IMG/VR virus record: IMGVR_UViG_3300030372_004273
Coordinates: 1 to 62,355 of that record
Strand: one strand, 5' to 3'
Source of the DNA: a virus
Lineage: Duplodnaviria > Caudoviricetes
DNA: 62,355 nt
Shown here: positions 7,906 through 16,682 of the stretch, piece by piece
Position numbering within the stretch: position 1 is the first letter of the stretch
Layout of the letters: each line of letters starts with the position of its first letter
The notes under the pieces: generated by a model
Seen by the model: the letters and a program-made list of their open reading frames with translations, nothing else
The model's database searches: none
What the model was told of the DNA's origin: nothing
Made by a program: the position numbers and the translations under genes

Positions 7906-8319
7906 TTAATCCCTCATTTTAAGTTCATATATTTCATCGTAAAGTTCTTTTATCATTGTATCATACTTTGCGAGTTTTTCGTTAATTAAATTGATTATTT
8001 GTTTTCTGTTAGGATAACCTTCGTCCCTTGCAGAAATATCACTGAATGCACCTCCCGAATAAATTTCCTTGCCAAGTTGCTCGCGTGGATCTTCATCGTT
8101 GTGTAAAGTATCATGCTCTGCTTGCTTATCTTTTTCGGTGGGGTTGTCTAGGCTTCCAGTAAATATCTTAGGTGGTTGTCTAAACTTCCATGGTCGTATG
8201 TAATCGTCGGAATAAATATCTTCATATTCATTTAAAAAAGGCGATTTAGTAATCGACTGAGGAACTTTAGCTTCAGGGTCGTAACCCTGAAGCTTTTTAA
8301 TTAAATCTTTTACTTTCAT
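7906..8319 (-). CDS. Hypothetical protein
   Basis: MKVKDLIKKLQGYDPEA N-terminus of a type common in small phage proteins; ATGA overlap. Confidence 0.7.
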   Translation of the reverse strand: MKVKDLIKKLQGYDPEAKVPQSITKSPFLNEYEDIYSDDYIRPWKFRQPPKIFTGSLDNPTEKDKQAEHDTLHNDEDPREQLGKEIYSGGAFSDISARDEGYPNRKQIINLINEKLAKYDTMIKELYDEIYELKMRD

Positions 8320-8717
8320 ATAACCCTTTCCTCATAGTATTTTGCTATGCGTTGCTCAACATTATTGAAGTGGTCTGTTACATAAGATACTTCATAGTCT
8401 GAGTTTTCGTCTAGCCACATTTCGTCAAGTATTGCAGTATCTATAACAGTACTCTGTGCAAATGCGTCACCGTTTCTACGAACAATGCGAAACTTAATAT
8501 CTAAAGTTTTTAGTAGACCATTTAACCTTTCCCTCGTGGTATGGGTATTCCATCCACAAAGATTAAAGTACATACCGTCAACATCTTTCCAAGCAATTAA
8601 GTTCCCAAACAAATACATGAATGTACCATCAAACCCGACAGTAATTACTGTATTGTTTGAACTAAATCCTTCATTGTTTCTAAATGCTTCACAAGCTTCT
8701 TCAGTTATTTTTCTCAT
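8316..8717 (-). CDS. Hypothetical phage protein
   Basis: Likely start MRKITEE after AGAAAGGAG RBS; GW.T.TTRERLN motif. Confidence 0.75.
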   Translation of the reverse strand: MRKITEEACEAFRNNEGFSSNNTVITVGFDGTFMYLFGNLIAWKDVDGMYFNLCGWNTHTTRERLNGLLKTLDIKFRIVRRNGDAFAQSTVIDTAILDEMWLDENSDYEVSYVTDHFNNVEQRIAKYYEERVI

Positions 8718-8815
8718 AAAATGCTCCTTTCTACGAACATTGGTTAATATATAATTATAGTATAACACGGGATTTATAATTTAGTAACACCCTCGACAAA
8801 AAAAGATGCAACTTT

Positions 8816-9244
8816 TTACTCAACGTCCCACCGATAAAATATATGGTCATTTATTCTTACTGTCTGTGTAAACATTTCACTCCAACTGGGACTAACCCAA
8901 TATGCGTGATAATGAGTAGAACCTTCAGTAAGATCTATATGATTTAACTCACCATATAATAAACCTGATGCAATTTCCTCAGCCCATAGATAAGCTTGTT
9001 CATCTTCTATTGTTTCTGGTTTACCATCACAGTAAAAACTAAATTGACATTTATCAGGGATTGGAATGCTCGTGTTCCATGAATAATAGTATCCTTCTTT
9101 TACTACTTCGCATACAGTACTAGGATAGCGATAGTCTGCTACCCTAGTCATGATTACTTGCCCGACTGCAATTTGCCCGACGGTAGGTTCACCTCTGGCT
9201 TCAAAGTAAATTGCAGTTGCAAGACATACCAACGCTTCAAGCAC
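8816..9244 (-). CDS. Cell wall hydrolase, SleB / Hydrolase_2 family
   Basis: CLATAIYFEARGE, YPSTVCEVV, CQFSFYCDG, GSTHYHA, HIFY motifs. Confidence 0.9.
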   Translation of the reverse strand: MLEALVCLATAIYFEARGEPTVGQIAVGQVIMTRVADYRYPSTVCEVVKEGYYYSWNTSIPIPDKCQFSFYCDGKPETIEDEQAYLWAEEIASGLLYGELNHIDLTEGSTHYHAYWVSPSWSEMFTQTVRINDHIFYRWDVE

Positions 9245-9449
9245 GATGTGCCTTCATCCACTCTGATAATATATCAGTGGCTTCGTTTTTGCTAATGTCG
9301 AACTGCTCCATGAGGTAAGGTCTAGCCCCGAACATGTTCGTTTGACCACTTTCCCTTAATTCGTCTAAGTAGTTAAAGCAGTCTAATTTGAATTGTAGCC
9401 AATCATTCATTTCGTCTTGGCTTAACATTTGTAGATCTTTTCCTTTCAT
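9237..9449 (-). CDS. Conserved small phage protein
   Basis: YLDELRESGQTNMFGARPYL motif; GGAGG RBS. Confidence 0.75.
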   Translation of the reverse strand: MKGKDLQMLSQDEMNDWLQFKLDCFNYLDELRESGQTNMFGARPYLMEQFDISKNEATDILSEWMKAHRA

Positions 9450-9458
9450 AATATCCTC

Positions 9459-10121
9459 CTATAATCCTGATCTAAAGGTAAGATTGATTCGCGAGCCACC
9501 TTGACCAAGTAGCTCAGGTACGCCATGTCTGCTTTGCATTTGGCTATCGCCATCAAATATAAGAACATCACCATGCTCCATAAGAAACAAATCAGTTGTA
9601 TAGGCATATCCAGTTTCACCTAGCTTGTGGTCAAGAAACTGTAGCTTGCTCGTATTTGAATGGGCTTTTATATTCAACTCATATTGTCGCCACTCAAATA
9701 TTCTTGTTGCACCAAACGATACTGAAAACACTAGGTCGTCAATATCTGGTACAGTATCAGTATGTAAAGGTATGCCCTCACTACCATCACGGTATAAACC
9801 GACTAGGCAAAAGTCATAACCTTTGAATGTTTTACGGTCAAGCCAATCATCACAAATAGCCATCTTGGTTATTTTGTTGGCTTCAACCAATAAGTCGTGT
9901 ACGTCAGGGTGAGCAGTCCAAGGTTCAGGAGTCATAAGCTTTCCTGCATAGTTAAACTCTCTATTACCAAACCCTCGTGTGGGTCTGCCCTTTATCACTT
10001 TCCCATTTGCTTCCCTATCTTGGGGTACATCCCATTGTAGAAATTTAGGGTCATATTGTTTTAAGGCTCCCTTTATATGGTAGACTGAACCACTAGAGGG
10101 ATAAAATCGTTTTATTTCCAT
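9459..10121 (-). CDS. AlkB-like 2OG-Fe(II) dioxygenase
   Basis: LYRDG...HTD (HxD), SVSFGATRIF, HGVP, terminal RINLTFR. Confidence 0.88.
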   Translation of the reverse strand: MEIKRFYPSSGSVYHIKGALKQYDPKFLQWDVPQDREANGKVIKGRPTRGFGNREFNYAGKLMTPEPWTAHPDVHDLLVEANKITKMAICDDWLDRKTFKGYDFCLVGLYRDGSEGIPLHTDTVPDIDDLVFSVSFGATRIFEWRQYELNIKAHSNTSKLQFLDHKLGETGYAYTTDLFLMEHGDVLIFDGDSQMQSRHGVPELLGQGGSRINLTFRSGL

Positions 10122-10185
10122 ACTTCCTCCTATTTAAAAAATAAACTGATAAATAATATTAAGAACACGAAACAGAAAAACAGCG

Positions 10186-10431
10186 TCATGATCCCCACCA
10201 ATTTTTCGGTTTGTTCCTTGTCCAGAAAGTATATATTCTAGAACGGTGGTTCATTTCATGCTCAGTGATCAACTCGTCGATGATACATTCTATTTCATCT
10301 TCTTCCATACCAAACTTTCGCAGTTTAGCGATAGCTTGGTCTTTGTTGATAATGGCTTCTGCAAATTGGGAGAGCGTGTTTTCACGCTCCTCCATTAGAA
10401 ATGCTTTCATCTTACCCATTGTAGTCACCAT
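10186..10431 (-). CDS. Hypothetical protein
   Basis: Operonic 81-aa ORF. Confidence 0.6.
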   Translation of the reverse strand: MVTTMGKMKAFLMEERENTLSQFAEAIINKDQAIAKLRKFGMEEDEIECIIDELITEHEMNHRSRIYTFWTRNKPKNWWGS

Positions 10432-10894
10432 GCTTTACTCGTACAACTTTTAGCTGACGCTCTTCAATGTGTTCCCAACACTTATCCATAAGATAGAAGT
10501 GTATCTTTTGGCGACCATTCCAATTACTGTAGGCATGATGAAGGTGCTCTTCAAGACCAAACTTTTTCATAATATCTTCAAGAACATCGTGACACATAAT
10601 GCCTTCACTTTCTTTTATTATGCTACCATCCTTTGCGAATATAGTAGTCTTATAATTGCGTGTATCACTTTTGAATGTTCGGATAAAGTGATCCATATAA
10701 TATTGTGGTAGAGGGCAAACACCATCTTCAAAGTGTGTGCGATAAAATATATTGTAACGATCACCAAGTAGTTCATAGAACTCGTCTTTGGTAATAGTCT
10801 TGAAACAATCATACAACTTACGTGTCGTAATCATGCTTAGTACTTGCTCCATCTTTTCAAGTTGGGCTAGACGATATTTAGTAATGCTAGGCAT
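10412..10894 (-). CDS. Hypothetical protein
   Basis: AGAAAGGAG RBS and conserved upstream element. Confidence 0.75.
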   Translation of the reverse strand: MPSITKYRLAQLEKMEQVLSMITTRKLYDCFKTITKDEFYELLGDRYNIFYRTHFEDGVCPLPQYYMDHFIRTFKSDTRNYKTTIFAKDGSIIKESEGIMCHDVLEDIMKKFGLEEHLHHAYSNWNGRQKIHFYLMDKCWEHIEERQLKVVRVKHGDYNG

Positions 10895-10950
10895 AGAAGC
10901 TCCTTTCTGCGAGCGTTGGTTAAAATTAATATTATATTTATTACATATAA

Positions 10951-10974
10951 ATAATCAAGTATAAAGTCTTTTGT
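10951..10974 (-). promoter_or_regulatory. Conserved 24-nt upstream element, copy 2
   Basis: Reverse complement is identical to 6643-6666. Confidence 0.75.
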
Positions 10975-11236
10975 TATCTTATTAATTCAGATGGTTCACC
11001 GTGATAGAGGACCTTTAAAACTCTATCACGGTTCGCCAACGTCTGCTTTCGTTGTATAGTTTTTCCGTGAATTTATAGGGCATGCCTTTGTGATAATCAC
11101 CCACTTTGCTTTCTATAGTTTTTCACAATGAACGGTGTGTCTCTTCACACATGGGGGGAGCGAAAAACAGAAAGATCCACAGCTCAGGTGAGACGCGTCT
11201 ATACAACTCGCCCCGAAAGGATTGATTATCTCCCCC

Positions 11237-11539
11237 TTACTCCGATAAGACAAATTCTCTAGAACCTTCACCAACATAGTTTTCATTGTGGATATATAAC
11301 GTATTACCGTCAATCACAAATGTATGGTCTTTGGTAAAAGAAATCCTGCCTTTTAAACTGTTGATACCAAAATGTTTCGCTTCAGGTACTGTAGGACTCG
11401 ACCAATCTAAACAAGCGAGTGCTTCAAGTGGCGTCATTGGGGTATCAGGTAAATTAGAATTTTCTATCTTGTTGAGTAAACGCTCATAAGTTACATCGTC
11501 ACTCAACATGTTCAAATATGTTACATTGTCATTATTCAT
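11237..11539 (-). CDS. Hypothetical protein
   Basis: AGAAAGGG RBS; 100 aa. Confidence 0.7.
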   Translation of the reverse strand: MNNDNVTYLNMLSDDVTYERLLNKIENSNLPDTPMTPLEALACLDWSSPTVPEAKHFGINSLKGRISFTKDHTFVIDGNTLYIHNENYVGEGSREFVLSE

Positions 11540-11618
11540 TTTATTCCCTTTCTAGATAAAATGGTTAGCGTGTATTATATTAAATAACTATAAATAAAAA
11601 TGAGCAAGTACTATTTTG

Positions 11619-11858
11619 TCAGTGGGGTTTCCACGTTCCTGCTATCAAATTTCCACAGTTCGTACATCCTATTTCACCTCCAGTTGAGCTCACTAGAAAA
11701 AACTTATCGTTGTCACAAAGACTGCAGAGACAAGTTTCTACCTCTTCTTTTGTAAGCATAACAGGACCTTTTATGAAACGTTTAATTCTTTCCTCTGGGA
11801 ATGGGATAATATTTCTATTTGGTTTTTTATGAATGGGGGTTGACTTCTTTTTTTCCAT
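11619..11858 (-). CDS. Zn-ribbon-like protein
   Basis: CSLC...CTNCG; NIIPFP motif. Confidence 0.6.
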   Translation of the reverse strand: MEKKKSTPIHKKPNRNIIPFPEERIKRFIKGPVMLTKEEVETCLCSLCDNDKFFLVSSTGGEIGCTNCGNLIAGTWKPH

Positions 11859-12283
11859 GTAGCTATTCCTAATTTTTCGTTAATGTAATAAGACCTATAA
11901 GCAACTATAGGATCAGTAGATTTATACTCGTCAGGCATTGCCTGAGCAAACTTTGTGAACCCTCTGCTTTTTAATTTAGGTGGAGGGCATTTTAAAAAAG
12001 ATAATACTTTTTCACACGCATGTCTTTTTTCGTATCGATAAGTATACTCTTTACATAAAGCTATAGCGAGCTTCCATAGAAAAGAATAGTTTTCAATTGT
12101 TCGTCCTGCCCATAAAGTACAAGGATGTTTGGCATGGACAGGCTTGTAAGGTGCAGGACTATCGTAGTGCCAATGGACAGTGCATAACATTTGAGTGCTT
12201 TCAAGTGGCATTTTGACGACATGTTTATCACAATGCCATTGAACGCAGTTTTCAATATTCCAGTCGAGTAAAAATATATTCAT
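11771..12283 (-). CDS. Pyrimidine dimer DNA glycosylase-like (DenV-related) protein
   Basis: MNIF.LD...HCDKHVVKM.LE..QMLCT, H..HPC..W, AQAMPDEYK, AYR.YY..EK. Confidence 0.8.
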   Translation of the reverse strand: MNIFLLDWNIENCVQWHCDKHVVKMPLESTQMLCTVHWHYDSPAPYKPVHAKHPCTLWAGRTIENYSFLWKLAIALCKEYTYRYEKRHACEKVLSFLKCPPPKLKSRGFTKFAQAMPDEYKSTDPIVAYRSYYINEKLGIATWKKRSQPPFIKNQIEILSHSQRKELNVS

Positions 12284-12321
12284 ACGTTATATATACAACA
12301 ACTAAAAATAGAAGACTGTAA

Positions 12322-12843
12322 TTATTTTTTCAGTGAATATAAAGTCATACTGAAGTGGGCTGTTTCATCATTGCGTCTTATCCAACCCTTACCAAATGTA
12401 TCAAAGGTTTTCAATGAACGATAAAAGTTTTCTCTTTCTTCTGATACTCTGTCAATTATTTCTTTTGGTGATTTAGTATCTACAAGTTGAAGAGTTTTAG
12501 GACCAATGGCTCCATCTTGTGTTGCACCAATTACTTTTTGTAAAGCTTTTGATGCTCTTCCAGGACCACTATTCACAGCCCAGTCAAAGATTGAAAAGTC
12601 GACTCCGTTAGGTAAATCATCTCCCTTTACTTTATCCCAATAATTTTTCTTATATATTTCTTCTACATGATCCATTGGAATGTTTTTTAATTCATCAATA
12701 GTACATTCCCTACCAAGATATTCGTCGTAAACCTTTTTGGTTACTCCTTTATTTGTTGCACCTCCTGGATCTTTTGGGTGGTCTACAAAACCTCCCTCAT
12801 GTTTTAAAAGCATACTCAAACAATCTTTAAAGTTTTCTTTCAT
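12322..12843 (-). CDS. Lysozyme, glycoside hydrolase family 108 with peptidoglycan-binding domain
   Basis: HEGGFVDHPKDPGGATNKGVT, FDWAVNSGP, DGAIGPKT, FGKGWIRR. Confidence 0.92.
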   Translation of the reverse strand: MKENFKDCLSMLLKHEGGFVDHPKDPGGATNKGVTKKVYDEYLGRECTIDELKNIPMDHVEEIYKKNYWDKVKGDDLPNGVDFSIFDWAVNSGPGRASKALQKVIGATQDGAIGPKTLQLVDTKSPKEIIDRVSEERENFYRSLKTFDTFGKGWIRRNDETAHFSMTLYSLKK

Positions 12844-12856
12844 TTTGTTCTCCCTT

Positions 12857-13051
12857 TTATTTAACGTAAAGTAATCTTCTGGCTTGTCCTTCCGTTATGT
12901 TAAAATGATCTGCTAAATCTTGCAAACCATATTTTTTCTCTGTTGTTCTTTCTATGTGAATACCACCAGTTTTATCACCCAAAGTTTTACCTTTGTTCTT
13001 TTTCCAATGGTTTTTTACTTCATGAATAAATTCATCATTAAATTTTGTCAT
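12857..13051 (-). CDS. Small HTH protein
   Basis: LQDLADHFNITEGQARRLLY pattern; GGAG RBS. Confidence 0.6.
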   Translation of the reverse strand: MTKFNDEFIHEVKNHWKKNKGKTLGDKTGGIHIERTTEKKYGLQDLADHFNITEGQARRLLYVK

Positions 13052-13060
13052 TTTTTTCTC

Positions 13061-14980
13061 CTATGTTTGCATGACAGAGTGATTATCTTTCAACCCTCGA
13101 GTCCAAGGTTTATCACTCAAAGTTTGTTTAGCTTCCCCCCAATTAGGACCAAGTTCAGCATCTACTATACTTGGTACTTCTAACTGGACACATTCCTGCA
13201 TAATTTCTTTTATTTGCAGACATTGTTTTTCATTTTCTACACTAACATCTAACTCATCGTGAACTTGTATCATGGGTGTAATACCCTCTTCGTGTAGAGC
13301 TACCATTGCTGATTTAGTTTGATCAGCGGCTGATCCTTGAATTAGTTTGTTGAGTGCTTTATATGTAAACGCTCGTTTGATTGCAGGACCATGTTCCGTG
13401 TACGCTTCTTGATATGACATAGGTTTCCATGAACCGTAGGCATTTGGCTCCCATTTATCAAATCTACATCTACGCCCAAGCAATGTTCTTATAACTCCTT
13501 TTTGTGTAGCACGATTAGTAGCATAATCGGATAAGGCTTTTACGAATGGGACCTTTTCGTGGTAGATAGCAAACAACTCTTTTGCATCTTCATATTCTAA
13601 TCCCAAGCTTGCTGAAAGTTTCTTGCTCCCCATACCATAAAACAAGCCGAGGTTAATATCTTTAGCTTGCTTGCGTGGGACACCTACAATGTCAGACGCC
13701 ATTTGATGAAAGTCTGTTAATGGGTCTATGTTATACTGCTCTGCAAACTTTTCTGCTCCTCTAAAATTCATTAGTTTTGCATAATGCACCACAAGGCGAG
13801 GTTCTTGGCTACTATAGTCAAATGCCCCCCATAGAGTGTCTTGTTCGGGTATAAATAAGCTACGAATTAGTGGACCAATTTCACCGTGTCGTGCAGGGAT
13901 TTGTTGTAAATTAGGATTACTGTAACTAAACCGACCAGTGACTGTGCCACCAGAATCACTACGCAAAGGATGTAACTCTGCATGAATGCGACCATTAACC
14001 TGATGTTTTAATATTGTATCTATAAAGGTAGTTCTTGCCTTGTTTAACTCCCTCGCTTCTACAATCATTTTAGGTAACTCATGTTCGTGGTTAGCTAAAA
14101 ATCCCTTTGTAAAACTAGGTGCTCCAGTTTTTTCTGTTTTACCATAAGTAAGACCTATTGAATCAAAACTTTTAGCTACACTTTCAGCAGACCATATTTC
14201 TACATTTACATCAGTTTTAGCTTTTATCTTTTTTAAAAGTTCTTGTTCTCTGTAATAAAGATTTGCCTTTACGTTTTCAGCTTTATTTAAATCAACCCTT
14301 ACACCCTTTGCCCTCATGGGTATAATTGTTTTGAGTACTTTTAGTTCTAAATCAAATATGTCCTGAATGTCCTCCTTTATTATAAGGGACTTAAATAACT
14401 TCCAAAGTTTTAGAGTTAATGAAGCATCTTTTTCTGCGTATGTTCCTACATGGTGAGCAGGAAGTTTCCACATCTCACTTTTATGGCTCACACCAAATGC
14501 TTCAGCGGCTTCTCTAAGTTCTACTTCTGATTTTTTCTCTTGTAGGTAATCTTTACCTAGCGAGTTAAGTGCATAGCTAAACCTATTTTCATCTAATAAA
14601 GGAGCAACCACCATAGTGTCTACTATTCTACCTTTTACATGGATATTATTAGCCAATAACCAACCGACGTCATACGGAGCATTGTGAAATACATAGTCAC
14701 GATCAATAGATACAAGGTCTCTAACCCATTCAAGTGTAAGCCTTTCATCTAAGTTAGGACCAATTTCATGTCGTATGGGAAAGTACCATTGTCCACCCTC
14801 TACAGCTACAGCTACACCTATTATATATCCATCTCTTCTAGCCCACCCTGAACCAAGCGTGGTTAGATTAGGGTCTTTAGTTTCTAAGTCTATAGCTACT
14901 TCTGTGTAACCTTTTAAATCTGGATAACCATCAGGCATTACCCATTCAGTAGGGGGTTGAAATAGGGGGAGTTGTCTCAT
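13061..14980 (-). CDS. polA: DNA polymerase family A with 3'-5' exonuclease
   Basis: ExoI DLET, ExoII HNAPYD, motif A DYSSQEPR, motif B KDINLGLFYG, motif C VHDEL. Confidence 0.95.
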   Translation of the reverse strand: MRQLPLFQPPTEWVMPDGYPDLKGYTEVAIDLETKDPNLTTLGSGWARRDGYIIGVAVAVEGGQWYFPIRHEIGPNLDERLTLEWVRDLVSIDRDYVFHNAPYDVGWLLANNIHVKGRIVDTMVVAPLLDENRFSYALNSLGKDYLQEKKSEVELREAAEAFGVSHKSEMWKLPAHHVGTYAEKDASLTLKLWKLFKSLIIKEDIQDIFDLELKVLKTIIPMRAKGVRVDLNKAENVKANLYYREQELLKKIKAKTDVNVEIWSAESVAKSFDSIGLTYGKTEKTGAPSFTKGFLANHEHELPKMIVEARELNKARTTFIDTILKHQVNGRIHAELHPLRSDSGGTVTGRFSYSNPNLQQIPARHGEIGPLIRSLFIPEQDTLWGAFDYSSQEPRLVVHYAKLMNFRGAEKFAEQYNIDPLTDFHQMASDIVGVPRKQAKDINLGLFYGMGSKKLSASLGLEYEDAKELFAIYHEKVPFVKALSDYATNRATQKGVIRTLLGRRCRFDKWEPNAYGSWKPMSYQEAYTEHGPAIKRAFTYKALNKLIQGSAADQTKSAMVALHEEGITPMIQVHDELDVSVENEKQCLQIKEIMQECVQLEVPSIVDAELGPNWGEAKQTLSDKPWTRGLKDNHSVMQT

Positions 14981-15128
14981 CTTTTTTCACTTTCATTGGT
15001 TTTTTACATTTACAAAAAATCCATTTGTTTTTCAGCCTACGAAAAGTTGTTACCTTACTCTCCAAGCCACAATCACAAACAGCTTTAACTTCTTTATCTA
15101 GTTTGTTTGGAATGTTTAGGGTAGTCAC
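14946..15128 (-). CDS. Small Cys-rich hypothetical protein
   Basis: CDCG...CKC; fills the gap between polA and the upstream gene. Confidence 0.5.
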   Translation of the reverse strand: MTTLNIPNKLDKEVKAVCDCGLESKVTTFRRLKNKWIFCKCKKPMKVKKDETTPPISTPY

Positions 15129-15429
15129 TAACTGTTCCTTGCCTAATTAACTCTGCTTCAACTAACATTAAATAACGCCTGAGATCACGCACATCGTCGA
15201 TAATACCTTCTTTACGTTTGTCGGCTTGGGCTGATTTAAATATATCGTAGTGTTTATCCTCTACTTGTTTTTCTAGCCTGTCCCATTTACGAGCAAGCAT
15301 CATAAAAGCACCTACACCTCCTCGTTGTTTCCAACTATCGCCGTAGCTTTGCTCAGACACATGTAGCCCTTCAACATCATACAAGGCTACTCTTTCTACA
15401 ATTTTAATAATTTCACTTGGGTTTTTCAC
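15094..15429 (-). CDS. Nucleotide-modification-associated all-alpha (MazG/DUF1599-like) putative dNTP pyrophosphatase
   Basis: SYGDSWK.RG...RKWDRLE...DDVRDL..Y helical motif; adjacent to the thymidylate synthase homolog. Confidence 0.65.
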   Translation of the reverse strand: MKNPSEIIKIVERVALYDVEGLHVSEQSYGDSWKQRGGVGAFMMLARKWDRLEKQVEDKHYDIFKSAQADKRKEGIIDDVRDLRRYLMLVEAELIRQGTVSDYPKHSKQTR

Positions 15430-16603
15430 TTTTTCTGCCTTTCTTTGGTTTTATTGGATCATATAACTTTCTAGTTATCCACTCTACGCAAGCTTTTCTC
15501 CACGCTAGATCTTTAATGCTCTTTGCTGATTCTAGTGCATGGTATCTACCTCCTTCCCAAGCTTCTTTGTGTACTTCTTTTTGGTGTCTGTTTAAAAACA
15601 AACCCCACTCTTCTTTTTCGAATGTTTCTTTTTTACTTTCATCCTTATAAAAAGTATGAATTTCTCTAAAGTCAGCCATCTTTGCTCTTTTGTAATTAAA
15701 GTAACATTCCAACATGGGGACAGCTACCTCAGAAAAAATAGAGTTTTCAAACTGTACCTTTTTTAATTCATCTAAAACATCATACGTTTCTTTATCGTCC
15801 CATATTTTGAAAAAAGTATTTAACTCATCATCAAAAGTTGTAAACGAATCCATTATAGGCATTGGGTTATAACTCGTACCATCTTCACCTAAAGTTAAGT
15901 AAGGCTCGTAGTCTGGTGGCATATCTTTTAATCTTTCTAGTATATCAACATAAGCGTGAAGATTATTACTAAATTGAGTATAAGTACCAACACCTAACTC
16001 TAACCTTCCTGCAAAGTATTCTTGAAGCATAGACATGTGAACAGCGTTTGCACCATACGCTCCCCAAATTAAATCATTACTACGATTTACTACTGTCATG
16101 TTAAGTAGGTCTTTTCTTTCACTAAAAAATATTTGAGTATTACATGGGTAGTCTTTACCATTGTTTGTTTCAACTAAATCTTTTACTGGATCCCACATTG
16201 TTAAAACTGTACGTCTGTCGTTTGGAAAAGAAAGCAACCTTTCTATTACTCTATCAAACTGATCATAGCCAAACCATTTTCTCCACCTATAACCATAAGC
16301 ACCATGATACGTTATACCATCGTCTGAGTATTGGTTCATGCGTCCATTAAAAGTATTTACAAACTGCACGTCATTACGTCCTGCTAACATCCATAAACTT
16401 TCCATAAAATGGAAAAAAGGGTTAGCGTCCCGTTGTGGATAAAACAATACTCTTTCTCTTGGGTGAGTATAAGTAGTGGTAACTGGACCAGGAAACTCTA
16501 AAACATCACCACCACGAGTACTTACAGCTACCCCATTCTCTTCTAAGGACTGTTTTACTACAAAAAGTGCTTCGCTTACGTTCCTAACATAAAAATTATA
16601 CAT
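15413..16603 (-). CDS. Thymidylate synthase-fold dUMP hydroxymethylase-like protein
   Basis: NPFFHFMESLWMLAGRND, GAYG.RWR, DYPCN catalytic Cys, RSNDLIWGAYGAN (Asn at the base-specificity position, indicating dUMP), NNLHAY, plus a C-terminal extension ending WRKACVEWI. Confidence 0.82.
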   Translation of the reverse strand: MYNFYVRNVSEALFVVKQSLEENGVAVSTRGGDVLEFPGPVTTTYTHPRERVLFYPQRDANPFFHFMESLWMLAGRNDVQFVNTFNGRMNQYSDDGITYHGAYGYRWRKWFGYDQFDRVIERLLSFPNDRRTVLTMWDPVKDLVETNNGKDYPCNTQIFFSERKDLLNMTVVNRSNDLIWGAYGANAVHMSMLQEYFAGRLELGVGTYTQFSNNLHAYVDILERLKDMPPDYEPYLTLGEDGTSYNPMPIMDSFTTFDDELNTFFKIWDDKETYDVLDELKKVQFENSIFSEVAVPMLECYFNYKRAKMADFREIHTFYKDESKKETFEKEEWGLFLNRHQKEVHKEAWEGGRYHALESAKSIKDLAWRKACVEWITRKLYDPIKPKKGRKSEKPK

Positions 16604-16682
16604 ATAAAGCTCCTACGCTATTTGATTAATATTTTGGGGTACAAACATACTACCCACCTTGTTTATGACCGTCTGAAGGGCT

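Noticed and set aside
11151-11236. tRNA or tmRNA gene
   Set aside because: There is a 7-bp closing stem but no T-loop or D-loop consensus and no tag reading frame; kept only as an ncRNA candidate.
15413-16603. Ordinary ThyA or dCMP hydroxymethylase
   Set aside because: The PCN motif, RSND..WG motif, long C-terminal extension and kinase/GT neighbours argue against plain ThyA, and Asn rather than Asp at the specificity position argues against dCMP. Not excluded without an assay.
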